Shown one piece after another: positions 39,333-49,246 of a stretch of 64,000 bases of DNA. The notes beneath the pieces are model-generated. The model saw only the letters and a program-made list of their open reading frames with translations. It made no database searches and was not told the DNA's origin. The DNA is taken from positions 219,829-283,828 of the forward strand of contig PLXY01000006.1 of the NCBI GenBank assembly GCA_003153295.1, written 5' to 3'. The position numbers and the translations under genes are program-made. The stretch's first letter is position 1. Each line of letters opens with the position of its first letter. This stretch comes from Parachlamydiales bacterium. GTDB taxonomy: Bacteria > Chlamydiota > Chlamydiia > Chlamydiales > Rhabdochlamydiaceae.

Positions 39333-41459
39333 TCAAGAATAGATCACAAAGCCGTCATCATAGACGGGTCCGTTGATGCCGATTTTTAAGGTTCCGCTGA
39401 AAAACTGCTTATACATTTTTAGACCTTGCGCAGCGCTTTGGACGCAGTAAAAGCAATTGCTGACCCATTCGGAGCCAGAGATAGTACCGGTCTCTAAATT
39501 GCAGCGGAATCTCGAAGAGAGTTTCTTTTTCCAATATTCAGGAGAGCCAAAAAGCAGGACAGGCGTCGGTGCTGCTGCGCCGACTTTGCGGCGGACTTCT
39601 TCGAGGCAGAATTCAAAATCAGTGCCGATGCCTCCCATGAGAAAGATCGGAAAGTCGAGATTGAACTCGGCTTGCCTTTCAACAAGTTTATCCAAACGAT
39701 AGGTCATTTTGGCATCAATGTAGGGGTTTTGTTTTTGTTCGTTGACCACTGCTCCTTTTTCTCCGCGGAAGTCCATGATATTAGCGCAGGAGAGGATGCC
39801 GATTTTTTTTGCGACGCGGTTTCCAAGTCCCATGGAACCCGGCCCTCCGCCGGTGACTAGGGCAATTGGTGTGTCTCGGTTTAAAAGAGGATGATGCATT
39901 TCTTTAGAGAGTTGGACAAGTCCCAAGAGAAGATCGGAAAGCTCTTTTTCAAAAGACCCTTCTGAGAGATTAGAGCCGTAGAGACCAAAAAGGGTCGATT
40001 TCAAAAAGGTTTCGACAGCTTCTGGAGGAACAAACATCCCGGAGTCTTTATGGGGCTTGGGGAAATACTGTAAGATTTTTTGCGTCGCCTCATCGACCCA
40101 GTACGTTGGAATCCCGAACTTGGCCAGATCTAAAAGGAGCGACCGGTCTTCATGAGAAAAATAATCTCCATAAGTCCGGGAAGGATATTTAAAGTAAATT
40201 CCCTTGAGGTTCCGGTGGATTTGGTCGCTGAGCAGCATCTGTTTTAAAAGCGGGGAGGGGAAATAACGGGTCAGCAAGATCCCTTCGCTGGTGATCAGAC
40301 CGTCTTCAATGGCTTTTAAAAAAGGAAAGGAGGGCTGCTGATGGATATATTTTTCAACAGCAACGGCCTGCCGGTCGGGATTGACGACGCCGGGAAATTC
40401 GCTCATGCGGGGCTCTCGGGAGATCCAATCGTTAGGTTTAAGTTGGAGGAGCTGCTCGCCTTTGACAACAAAGACAGCGGTCAAATGATGAAGAGGGGCA
40501 GGAGCTGTGTCAAAAGCATGAAAGACAACTTCAGGATTTTCTAGGCAGGTCTGGAGTTGGTCTCTATCAGCGAAGAAGACGTGCTCGCGATGAGGCTCTA
40601 AGGTGTAAAATTCCAGGGGAATATCGCTCAACTCTTTTTTAGACTCACCATAAAGTTCATAGATGTTTCCTGAGGCTTTTGTATCAGGCTGGAGGACTGA
40701 TGCAGAGGTATGATGGACGCCTTCGGGAAGAAGTTCTTCCACGACGCGAGCATAAACCGTGCGGATATGGAGCGGCAGTGTTTGGACAAGGAGGATTTCA
40801 TCTTTTTTAACAATCCGGGAAGCTCCCGGCTGCCAGATCTGTTGCAGTTGCAAAAGAGATCTGGTCTTGACACGAGGATCATGAAGAGCTTTAGCGAGGA
40901 TCGGAAGAAATCCTGGCATATGTTCATCGTAGAAGACGGCGCCATCGAGCAGGCTCAAAAAGGCGACAGTTCTGCCATCGATTTTTTCTAAAACCAGCTC
41001 ATCGCTGCCTTGAAGGCCTCCCAAAGAAAGAAGAGGAAGTCCATTTCTATCAGCACGACCAAACATGCGGGAAAGATATTCGGGATCCCGGACGCGTCTT
41101 CTGTCATCAGCGGCAAAAAGTTTGCCGATGAAAGCGCCTGGAGATAATAAGGGCAGCATCAATTTTGCCAGTGATCCTATGGCCTCTAAGTGGAGGATAA
41201 TCCGGGCGAAATGGGCGTTAGCATCGAGTTCGATCGATTGGGGAATGGCGTTAAGGCCGAGCTGAGCAAGCGTGCTTTTAAAATTAAATTTTACGAGTTG
41301 AGGATCTATTTTAAAACCGACAAAAGCAGGAGAGATATTTTCAATGAGGACTTCTGCAACCGATTGAGTCGGGCTTGTATTCTGGATTGAACTGATCTTG
41401 CCATCGGGAGTAACTAGGTCAAAATGGTCAGAAAAAAGATAACTTTCCATGAGTTGCAT
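39333..41459 (-). CDS. large protein with a C-terminal LOG/PpnN-like (TIGR00730) nucleotide-nucleosidase domain
   Basis: VTGGGPGSMGLGN and LMGGIGTDFEFCLEE match the LOG-family GGGxGxMG and PGGxGTxxE motifs. I do not recognise the ~500-aa N-terminal region. Confidence 0.6.
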   Translation of the reverse strand: MQLMESYLFSDHFDLVTPDGKISSIQNTSPTQSVAEVLIENISPAFVGFKIDPQLVKFNFKSTLAQLGLNAIPQSIELDANAHFARIILHLEAIGSLAKLMLPLLSPGAFIGKLFAADDRRRVRDPEYLSRMFGRADRNGLPLLSLGGLQGSDELVLEKIDGRTVAFLSLLDGAVFYDEHMPGFLPILAKALHDPRVKTRSLLQLQQIWQPGASRIVKKDEILLVQTLPLHIRTVYARVVEELLPEGVHHTSASVLQPDTKASGNIYELYGESKKELSDIPLEFYTLEPHREHVFFADRDQLQTCLENPEVVFHAFDTAPAPLHHLTAVFVVKGEQLLQLKPNDWISREPRMSEFPGVVNPDRQAVAVEKYIHQQPSFPFLKAIEDGLITSEGILLTRYFPSPLLKQMLLSDQIHRNLKGIYFKYPSRTYGDYFSHEDRSLLLDLAKFGIPTYWVDEATQKILQYFPKPHKDSGMFVPPEAVETFLKSTLFGLYGSNLSEGSFEKELSDLLLGLVQLSKEMHHPLLNRDTPIALVTGGGPGSMGLGNRVAKKIGILSCANIMDFRGEKGAVVNEQKQNPYIDAKMTYRLDKLVERQAEFNLDFPIFLMGGIGTDFEFCLEEVRRKVGAAAPTPVLLFGSPEYWKKKLSSRFRCNLETGTISGSEWVSNCFYCVQSAAQGLKMYKQFFSGTLKIGINGPVYDDGFVIYS

Positions 41460-41513
41460 CCTAGTGGAGAAAGCTCAACTTGTCAAATCTAATGGAATTT
41501 GTGATATAGTGGT

Positions 41514-42386
41514 TTGTTTATGAAACCCAGATCTATTGGAACTCATGATGGAAGCTTTCATGCCGATGAAGTCACGGCATGCGCTCTCCTGCTTGTTTGT
41601 GACTTGGCCGACCGGAACAAAATTACCCGGACGAGAGATCTTTCTATTCTCGATACCTGCGAATATGTCTGCGATGTCGGAGGCGTTTACCAGCCTGAGC
41701 ATAAGCGCTTCGATCATCATCAAGTCGGCTACCAAGGCGATCTGGCCAGTGCGGGCATGGTCCTGCTTTATTTAAAGGACCGCGGTATTATCAATGAAAA
41801 ACTTTATGATTTTCTCAATCGCTCTTTCATCTGGGGCGTCGATGCCCATGACAATGGAAGAGTGACGATCGAGTCTGGGGTTTGTACTTTTTCACAGGTG
41901 ATTTCTAATTTTGTTCCTCCCGACTATGAAGTTGAGGGAGAGGAGATGACAAAGGCGTTTTTTCAAGCGCTGGATTTTGCGCATGGACATATCAAAAGAC
42001 TGTTAGAAAGATACCATTATGTCGAAGAGTGCCGCGAGATGGTCTCTCAAGCGATGAAAGCTGGAAGCCAAGTTCTTTTTTTTGAAAAATCGATGCCCTG
42101 GATGGATGTTTTCTTCGATATGAATGGGGAACGACATCCTGCGCAATTTGTGATTATGCCCTCAGGCACTCATTGGAAACTAAGGGGAATTCCTCCCAAT
42201 TCTAAAGATCGCATGAAAGTCCGGGTTCCTCTTCCTGAATCGTGGGCTGGTCTCATGGACGAAGATTTAAAAAAAGTGACCGGCATTCCAGGTGCAATTT
42301 TTTGTCATAAAGGGAGGTTTATTTCTGTATGGGAAACGAAGGACGATGCACTGAAAGCCCTGAATCTGATATTGAAAAAGAGATGA
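41514..42386 (+). CDS. MYG1/UPF0160 family metal-dependent hydrolase
   Basis: IGTHDGSFHADEVTACALL, RFDHHQ, VDAHDNG. Confidence 0.85.
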   Translation: MFMKPRSIGTHDGSFHADEVTACALLLVCDLADRNKITRTRDLSILDTCEYVCDVGGVYQPEHKRFDHHQVGYQGDLASAGMVLLYLKDRGIINEKLYDFLNRSFIWGVDAHDNGRVTIESGVCTFSQVISNFVPPDYEVEGEEMTKAFFQALDFAHGHIKRLLERYHYVEECREMVSQAMKAGSQVLFFEKSMPWMDVFFDMNGERHPAQFVIMPSGTHWKLRGIPPNSKDRMKVRVPLPESWAGLMDEDLKKVTGIPGAIFCHKGRFISVWETKDDALKALNLILKKR

Positions 42387-42715
42387 CCATTTTTGGGAAG
42401 ATCATTCGCGGGGAGCTGCCTTGCGAGAAAGTGTTCGAAAATGAACGAATCCTTGCGATCAAGGACCGATATCCGACAGCGCCCGTTCATATTTTAATCA
42501 TGCCCAAGAAAGAAATCCCGAACCTCCAAGCGTTGCAGCCGGAAGATCTACCTCTTATTTCAGAGATTATTCTGGTGGCCCAAAAACTTGCTGAAGAATT
42601 TGAGATCACCGATGGTTATCGGCTTTTGACCAATAGCGGTGAAGAAGCTGGTCAAACAATTTTTCACCTCCATTTCCATTTGATCGGAGGGCGCAGACTC
42701 GTGCACCTCGCATGA
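42383..42715 (+). CDS. HIT (histidine triad) family nucleotide hydrolase
   Basis: MTIFGKIIRGELPCEKVFENE... and QTIFHLHFHLIGG. The start overlaps the MYG1 stop (ATGA); the track ORF starts earlier at 42329. Confidence 0.9.
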   Translation: MTIFGKIIRGELPCEKVFENERILAIKDRYPTAPVHILIMPKKEIPNLQALQPEDLPLISEIILVAQKLAEEFEITDGYRLLTNSGEEAGQTIFHLHFHLIGGRRLVHLA

Positions 42716-44415
42716 AATGGAGAGGATATGGATTAGCCCTTCTGTTGCCACTGGCGGTTCAAGCCGGTGAACCTGAGGCGCTCAGGCGCATTTATGCCCA
42801 TCTTTTCGTCCATGATCCACGCTCTGCTGTCAAAGAAGCAGAAAACTTTCTCAAAATCTATCCCAATTCAAAAGAACTTCGCTTAGCCTATCTTCAAGCG
42901 CTGGCAGAAAAAGGAGATGAAACGGCTGTTCTCCAAGAGTGGGTCAAAGGCAAAGATGAACTCCAAAAAGACCGCCATGCGTTGGAAATCCTTGCATGGG
43001 GTGTTTTGAAAAAAGGGGATTTATCTTCTCAGCTTAATATCCATTTGAGCGCTTTGATCGGCGCTTCTTTGACAAGAGATGTCCGCGCAGTGCCTATGCT
43101 CGTCAATGCTCTCCGAGGCACCAATGCGCTTCTCCGTTTAATTTCAGTGAGATTTACGGCTCAATATGGCGACGGCCCTTTGCAAGAAGAGCTCAAACGG
43201 CTGCTCACGGAAGAAAAAGTTTGGTTCGTCCGCTTGGAGGTCATCCGAGCGATCGGCCAGCTGCGCATCACCACGCTACGGGATGACCTCAAAGAAATTA
43301 TCGCCGATCGAAAAACTTTGGTGGAAGAAAAAGCAGAGGCGATCATCGCGCTTGTGCAGATGTACGATGGTGTCAAGGGTGATCATTTACTCGATTTACT
43401 GACAAGCAATCGCGCAGGATTAAGACAGTTGGCCTGCGAGCTGGTGAGTTATTTCGATCTCCATTCCAATGCAAAAGATCTTGTTCCGCTTTTGCAGGAC
43501 GCTTCTCCCGATGTCCGGGCGCATGCTCTTCATACGATTGGGCTGCTCCGGGTGAAAGTCGGAGAGAAAAGACTCCAGGCTTTGATGCAGGACTCTTCTC
43601 CCATGGTCGCTATTACTGCTTGCTGGGTAGCAACGCTGCAGGGGATGGAAGAGGGGATTGAAAAGCTAGGAAAGTGGATGGAAGATATCCATCCTCGCTG
43701 GAGAATGCTGGCTGCGGCAACTTTGAGCAGCTGTGGTAAAAAAGGAATTTCCCTGGCCTTAGAAAAAATGGAAAAAAGCGAAGATCCTTTTGTAAAAGTC
43801 AATTTAGCCCTGGGACTGATTGGACAAAGAGTTGAAGTGCAAAAAGCTTCCGGTGTCATCTATGAGATGTTCGAGAAAGAAAAAAATACCCTCCTGATGT
43901 GGGATGAGAGTTCTCAGGGCAGGATCTTATCTCCCAGCCAGGTGAGTCATATTGAGCAAATCCCGAACTATCCTAAAGTTGTCGATCAAATGGTCCGGCT
44001 CGATCTTTTAAATGTCTTGTGCATCATGCAGCATCCCAAAGCCCAAGAAGCTGTCAAAGGGTATGTTAAAAACGAGTCGTGGGGGATTACTGGAGCTGCT
44101 GTCGCTGTTTTACTCCAAGAGGGTGATGAAGGGGCGATGTCGGTGATCAGCGGCCTTTTAAAAGATGAAGATCCGCAGGTCCGTGTCCAGGCTGCTTTTA
44201 TTTTAGCGATGATGGGCAATGATTCTTCAGCGATCAAAGTTCTACAAGAAGTTTATCCGAAAATGACACGTGAGATCAAAATCCAGATTTTGGAAGCGAT
44301 CGGCCATGTCGGTAACTGGGACTCGATTCCTTTTCTGATCGATATCTTGAGCGAGCCTTTTCAACTTCTCCGTGTGGTCGCAGCTTCGGCAATGATCCAG
44401 TGTCTATACCACTGA
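42712..44415 (+). CDS. secreted HEAT-repeat (PBS-lyase-type) protein
   Basis: Signal peptide MKWRGYGLALLLPLAVQA. Repeated units include SPDVRAHALHTIGLL, DPQVRVQAAFILAMMG and EIKIQILEAIGHVG. The start overlaps the HIT stop. Confidence 0.75.
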   Translation: MKWRGYGLALLLPLAVQAGEPEALRRIYAHLFVHDPRSAVKEAENFLKIYPNSKELRLAYLQALAEKGDETAVLQEWVKGKDELQKDRHALEILAWGVLKKGDLSSQLNIHLSALIGASLTRDVRAVPMLVNALRGTNALLRLISVRFTAQYGDGPLQEELKRLLTEEKVWFVRLEVIRAIGQLRITTLRDDLKEIIADRKTLVEEKAEAIIALVQMYDGVKGDHLLDLLTSNRAGLRQLACELVSYFDLHSNAKDLVPLLQDASPDVRAHALHTIGLLRVKVGEKRLQALMQDSSPMVAITACWVATLQGMEEGIEKLGKWMEDIHPRWRMLAAATLSSCGKKGISLALEKMEKSEDPFVKVNLALGLIGQRVEVQKASGVIYEMFEKEKNTLLMWDESSQGRILSPSQVSHIEQIPNYPKVVDQMVRLDLLNVLCIMQHPKAQEAVKGYVKNESWGITGAAVAVLLQEGDEGAMSVISGLLKDEDPQVRVQAAFILAMMGNDSSAIKVLQEVYPKMTREIKIQILEAIGHVGNWDSIPFLIDILSEPFQLLRVVAASAMIQCLYH

Positions 44416-45717
44416 ATATTCAGGGACTATTTTTTTTGTGCCGACTGTTTTTTCAGTGTTCTGAAAAGACCATTCAAGAGGCCACACTTTTTCTAAAATG
44501 AGAAAATCGCATGCGTCATCAGCAGCAAAAGTAGTTCTTTGAGATTGGTTTGCTATCTTAAACGCAAGGCTGATATCTGGATATTTGGCTGTACTGCAAC
44601 TATCTAAAGCAATCACACAGTTAGGGTCTAAGCCTGAGAATAGGGTGGGAGAAATATCTTCTAAACCGAGCCGTGCAGAGGGATCATTGCTCAGATGCAT
44701 AGAAGAGGGATTACCATGAGCTTGAAGCAAAATTCCCATAACCCGTCCCATCTGCGAAGCGACTTGAATTTCTTTTTGAATGTCCTCGACTTTACAAATC
44801 GTTCGGAATTTGACATCGAATTTCTCGCTTAACCGGAGAATAATAGATTTGATGTGTTTAGGATCTAAAGCTCTCGTACCATAATCAACTTCTGCGCATA
44901 AAATCAAAAATTTCTCCCGAGGCCCATTTCTTTTAAAGTATAAATATTCTTCACCAAAATCGGCGACAGAATCTTCATATTTAGAATATTCCATTTCTTT
45001 ATCTATTTCTGAGGGGTCGATGAGGATGTCAAGGCATTCTCGAGAGCTTTGTATATATCGAAGAAACGAAGTGCTGAAGCTGATAGAAGCCGCGAAATAT
45101 TTCCCTTTGTAGATTTGTCTGCCAGTAAAACAAATCTCTGTTGCAAATTGAAGGTGCAAAAACCAATTAGTCGTGGGAAGACTCTGAAAAATGACAGCAA
45201 GCATGCAGAGGATTGTACTCGCAATATGAGTGCAAAGTTTGATGATTTTGCTTTTTTCATCGATCTTTAACGCGCGAATTTTTTCTGTTGAGATTACCAG
45301 CTCATGCATAAGGGCTGTCAGCTTTATCGCCCAGCTGATCCGGCGGCCTAAAGGAGATGGCGATAAAGACCGGTCAAAGAAATGGGCTGCGGTTGTGCTA
45401 AGAGCTAGCAGACCACAGAATGCCGCATAAGCAGATGTTTTCAACTTTTGGCTATGAAAGACTTTGCTTGCTGATTGAGCAGCCACGATGATCTCGGAAC
45501 ATGTAGAGATGGCAAGCCCTAACTCGTGATTCAAAGTGAGCAACGGCAGGGAAGTCCAAAGATACCGTTTGCATTTTTCTAAGCGTGTCTCAGATTGAGT
45601 GAGGCAGGGTCTGGGTTTAATCCTTTCTTTAAGAAAATCGTATTTGAGCGGTTTACGACCATGATACGCAATAGAAAAAAAAGAATCATAAGTTAATGTA
45701 TTAAAATAAATTGTCAT
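44404..45717 (-). CDS. membrane-anchored hypothetical protein with a C-terminal His/Cys dyad (caspase/CHAT-like fold candidate)
   Basis: The N-terminal half has about 4 hydrophobic helices. The C-terminal half has beta-strand-HG (GILLQAHGNPSS) and beta-strand-DSC (CVIALDSCSTAK), as in caspase-fold proteases. Confidence 0.4.
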   Translation of the reverse strand: MTIYFNTLTYDSFFSIAYHGRKPLKYDFLKERIKPRPCLTQSETRLEKCKRYLWTSLPLLTLNHELGLAISTCSEIIVAAQSASKVFHSQKLKTSAYAAFCGLLALSTTAAHFFDRSLSPSPLGRRISWAIKLTALMHELVISTEKIRALKIDEKSKIIKLCTHIASTILCMLAVIFQSLPTTNWFLHLQFATEICFTGRQIYKGKYFAASISFSTSFLRYIQSSRECLDILIDPSEIDKEMEYSKYEDSVADFGEEYLYFKRNGPREKFLILCAEVDYGTRALDPKHIKSIILRLSEKFDVKFRTICKVEDIQKEIQVASQMGRVMGILLQAHGNPSSMHLSNDPSARLGLEDISPTLFSGLDPNCVIALDSCSTAKYPDISLAFKIANQSQRTTFAADDACDFLILEKVWPLEWSFQNTEKTVGTKKIVPEYSVV

Positions 45718-45869
45718 AATTACACATATAATATCATTTGTTTTTAATTATTAATATTTAAATAATTAGTTTATTATTGTATTTAGTAGCAACGGAGCCT
45801 GTAAAACAGAAGGGGCTGTTCAAAATGTTGCTTAACGACTATTTTCATCCTTAAAAAGGGTAGAGTGTT

Positions 45870-47060
45870 ATGTCATCCTTAGATCAAAAAGTCCACGACG
45901 TTCAAAAAATTCTTGCTGAGAAAAACATCGATGGATGGCTGCTGTATGATTTTCACCACAGTAATCGTCTGGCTTGCGATTTTTTAGGCATCACACCTGA
46001 GACGATGCTTACCCGCAGGTATTGTTACTGGATCCCGCAAAAGGGGGAGCCGGTAGGCATTGTGCATAATGTCGAGACGCATGTCCTTGCCCATACCCCC
46101 GGAAAAAAACTTCCGTATTCTGCTTGGAAGCTTTTCGAGGCCCATTTGAAAGAGATCCTTAAAGGCAAAAAAACCATTGCGATGGAATATTCGCCTCGTT
46201 GCGCGATTCCGACAGCTTCCCGCGTTGATGGGGGCATCCTCGATCTCGTCCGCGAGCAAGGCGTTAAAGTCGTCAGCTCCGCTTCTTTTCTCCAATACTT
46301 CACCTGCGTTTGGAGCAAGGAGCAATATGACCTCCACAAAGAAGCCGCTGATGTTTTGGATAAAGCCGCTGCAAGCGCCTGGGATTTTGTTGCCGAGCAT
46401 TTGAAAAACAACAAACCCCTCAATGAATACGATGTTCAGCAATATATCTTAAGTGAGATGCACAAGAATAAATGCATCATGGACGGAGCTCCTATCTGCG
46501 GAGTCAATCAAAATAGCGCCAATCCCCATTATAATGCTGAGAAGAACAAATCGAGTCCGATCAAGAAAGGGGACTTTATCTTGATCGATCTCTGGTGCAA
46601 AAGGGATTTACCTCAAGCTGTCTATGCAGATATCACGCGGGTGGCTGTCGCAGGAACTCCGACGGAGCGCCATCAAGAGATTTTCCATTTAGTGAGAAAA
46701 GCTCAAAAAGCAGGAACTGATTTTGTGAAAGATAGAGTCGAAAAGAAAAAAGACGTCAAAGGTTGCGAAGTCGATGAAGTTTGTCGTCAGGTAATCATCG
46801 ATGCCGGTTATGAAGAGTATTTCACTCATCGCACAGGACATAATATCCACACGGAAGATCATGGTCCGGGGGCTAATATCGATGGGTTTGAGACGCTCGA
46901 TGAAAGGCTGTTAATTCCAAAAACTTGTTTTTCGATCGAACCGGGAGTCTATCTGCCGAAGGAATTTGGCGTGAGGTTGGAATACGATGTCTATATCCAT
47001 GAGAATCATACCATCGAAGTTACTGGTGGGATTGAAGATCAACTCGTCCAATTACTTTAA
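45870..47060 (+). CDS. M24 family Xaa-Pro peptidase
   Basis: FILIDLW..YADITR, HRTGHNIH, FSIEPGVY, LEYDV metal-ligand motifs. Confidence 0.85.
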   Translation: MSSLDQKVHDVQKILAEKNIDGWLLYDFHHSNRLACDFLGITPETMLTRRYCYWIPQKGEPVGIVHNVETHVLAHTPGKKLPYSAWKLFEAHLKEILKGKKTIAMEYSPRCAIPTASRVDGGILDLVREQGVKVVSSASFLQYFTCVWSKEQYDLHKEAADVLDKAAASAWDFVAEHLKNNKPLNEYDVQQYILSEMHKNKCIMDGAPICGVNQNSANPHYNAEKNKSSPIKKGDFILIDLWCKRDLPQAVYADITRVAVAGTPTERHQEIFHLVRKAQKAGTDFVKDRVEKKKDVKGCEVDEVCRQVIIDAGYEEYFTHRTGHNIHTEDHGPGANIDGFETLDERLLIPKTCFSIEPGVYLPKEFGVRLEYDVYIHENHTIEVTGGIEDQLVQLL

Positions 47061-47064
47061 AAAA

Positions 47065-47670
47065 TTATTTAGTTACAGAGATCCCCATGATTGGAAGGGG
47101 AATGGTTGCTAGATAGTGAGCAAAAGGAAGAAGAGGAATAGATTTTCCCTTTATGGGGATAATGAGTTTTTTGACTATACAGTAATTGATTGCATAAATG
47201 CCCAGCGCGAGAAATGCCGAGGTCTTATAATGCACCTTAAACCCCATATATAGGGCTAAACCCATTCCCATTAGATAACTGAGAACAAATGCAACGCATT
47301 TGTCAGAAGATTTTAAGGGCGGAAGCATTTCTCTAATTTTGTTTCGTACAGCTTTTTTTTGTTCAAGATCCGACAGTTTTTCCAATTCTTTGTAGTTGGG
47401 CATTCTCATCTGATCTGGAGATAGCTTTTTAAGAAAAGTTGTACTCCTCTCTATTTTGATCATCGTGATAAGAAAAACTTCAACGAACTGGGATGTATAC
47501 AAAATAAATAGACTTCTAGGATCTCCTTTAGAGGCAGCCAAAGTGATAATAGTCGATCCGATGATTGAAACGACCGCGTCTCGCGTCGTTCCTTCTTCTA
47601 TGTAAGGATAGATATTTTCTAAATAAGTATCAGTTTTCTCAAAAAGATTTCTGAAACTGATGGTTGTCAT
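47065..47670 (-). CDS. hypothetical membrane protein
   Basis: 201-aa ORF with hydrophobic segments at both ends. I recognise no family. Confidence 0.5.
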   Translation of the reverse strand: MTTISFRNLFEKTDTYLENIYPYIEEGTTRDAVVSIIGSTIITLAASKGDPRSLFILYTSQFVEVFLITMIKIERSTTFLKKLSPDQMRMPNYKELEKLSDLEQKKAVRNKIREMLPPLKSSDKCVAFVLSYLMGMGLALYMGFKVHYKTSAFLALGIYAINYCIVKKLIIPIKGKSIPLLPFAHYLATIPLPIMGISVTK

Positions 47671-47743
47671 GAATCTCGTTATTTAAAGATCTAAATTTTA
47701 GATTGTTAACCCTAAATAATACAATCAAATATTATCTGGAGCT

Positions 47744-48106
47744 TTATGTTTTCAAAACCATCGTAGGAAGGCTGGTGATAAAGGCGATCAATACGGTTCT
47801 AGGATGAATGCCGGTATTCATTCTAGTTTGTAAGTAAATGAGTCCACTCCAGCTGGCTATTGAGGCGGCGAGTTTGATATCCCACCTCAAGGGTTCAGGA
47901 GGTTTGCCCCCTACCCGGCAAAAATGATCAGCGGTTTTTTTTAAAAAAATCAAAATAATGGTTTCGATGCTTTTGGCAACGAAGACCAAGCCGGCGACTT
48001 TAAGAGCGGCAGTTATGGAGTGGCGTGGATGATTGAGCAGACTGAAGCTTGTTGAAACAAATAGATTGAGTGAGAGTTCTTGAAAAGCTGCCGCGTAAAA
48101 TCCCAT
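47744..48106 (-). CDS. hypothetical membrane protein translationally coupled to sufE
   Basis: 120 aa with 3-4 hydrophobic helices. Its ATG overlaps the sufE TAA (TAATG). Confidence 0.5.
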   Translation of the reverse strand: MGFYAAAFQELSLNLFVSTSFSLLNHPRHSITAALKVAGLVFVAKSIETIILIFLKKTADHFCRVGGKPPEPLRWDIKLAASIASWSGLIYLQTRMNTGIHPRTVLIAFITSLPTMVLKT

Positions 48107-48528
48107 TAAACTAAATGTTTTAGCGCTTCTTGTCTCATTTTGTGATAGAGGCTGGCAAGGCCATTAGAGCGGGTAGGGGAGAGGGCATTGTGGAGTCCTA
48201 TCTCTTGGATGAAGGCAGGAGGGCAATTTGCGACAGTGTCAGGGGTTTCTCCGGAGTAGACATAAATAAGGAGGGCGGCCAGTCCTTTAGAGATGAGGGC
48301 TTCAGAATCGGCATTTAAAAAAAGAAGATTATTTTGGAGTGTGGCCTCCAAGTACATCACGCTTTGACAGCCGGGGACAAGATTAGCGGGTAGACGGGCA
48401 TCGGGATTGAAGGCAGGAAGTTGACGGCCGAGCTCAATAATTTTTTGATATCGCGCTTCAGGTGTTAAGCAGGCTGCAAAAATTGATTTGATGGCTGCTT
48501 GTTTTTGAAGGCAAGATTCGAAAGTCAT
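48106..48528 (-). CDS. sufE: cysteine desulfuration protein SufE
   Basis: The active-site region NLVPGCQSVMYL and overall SufE length. Confidence 0.85.
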   Translation of the reverse strand: MTFESCLQKQAAIKSIFAACLTPEARYQKIIELGRQLPAFNPDARLPANLVPGCQSVMYLEATLQNNLLFLNADSEALISKGLAALLIYVYSGETPDTVANCPPAFIQEIGLHNALSPTRSNGLASLYHKMRQEALKHLV

Positions 48529-48695
48529 GGTTAGATTATATCAAAAATATCATCTATAGAGGTAGTAGCAAAATCTTTTTGGAGTCTAAAGGTTAAAAAA
48601 GATTTTGCAACTCCTTCAGAAATAAAGCTTCTTTGCGTTTATTTGACGATTTGCTAAGATTGTTCCATTCACGCATTTTTTTAATCCTTATAACT

Positions 48696-48914
48696 ATGCC
48701 TAAAGAAGATACGATAAAAATTGACGGAACGGTGGAAGAGCTTCTTCCAAACATGCACTTTCGCGTTGTATTACAGAACGGAATGAAGGTGATCGCTCAT
48801 TTATGTGGAAAGATGAGAATGCGAAATATCCGTGTTTTGGTCGGAGATACAGTGACAGTTGAAATGTCGCCTTATGATTTGACAAAAGCACGCATTATTT
48901 ACCGAATGAAATAG
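48696..48914 (+). CDS. infA: translation initiation factor IF-1
   Basis: [70 protein letters not shown]. The track ORF starts upstream at 48633. Confidence 0.95.
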   Translation: MPKEDTIKIDGTVEELLPNMHFRVVLQNGMKVIAHLCGKMRMRNIRVLVGDTVTVEMSPYDLTKARIIYRMK

Positions 48915-49151
48915 AGGTTTCAAGAGTTTTTTCGAAAGGGAAAACAAAGCTGGACCAAAGTGGGACCCAAAGTGGGCTAGGGCTGCCGTTTTTAAATTTC
49001 TTAACAGGGAAATTTTGGAACGTAAGCCCTGGATGGACACTTAACTCTTGAATTTATTTACTTTGCAGAGTAACCTTGGTGCCTTTACTTGCGGGAAAAG
49101 GGTTAGACCTTCCTGTAAATAGGAAGCCTCAGATGAGGCGTTCCTTGAAGG

Positions 49152-49223
49152 GCCCAGGTAGCTCAGTGGTAGAGCACTTGCATGGTAAGCAAAAGGTCGT
49201 AGGTTCGATTCCTATTCTGGGCA
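49152..49223 (+). tRNA. tRNA-Thr (GGU)
   Basis: GCCCAGGTAGCTCAGTGGTAGAGCACTTGCATGGTAAGCAAAAGGTCGTAGGTTCGATTCCTATTCTGGGCA folds as a cloverleaf with anticodon loop ATGGTAA. The position upstream of tuf is conserved in bacteria. Confidence 0.9.
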
Positions 49224-49246
49224 AAAAGAATTAAACGGAGGAAATA

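Noticed and set aside
48940-48965. A tandem CCAAAGTGGGA / CCAAAGTGGGC 11-mer between infA and tRNA-Thr.
   Set aside because: There are only two short copies. This is too little to claim a functional repeat.
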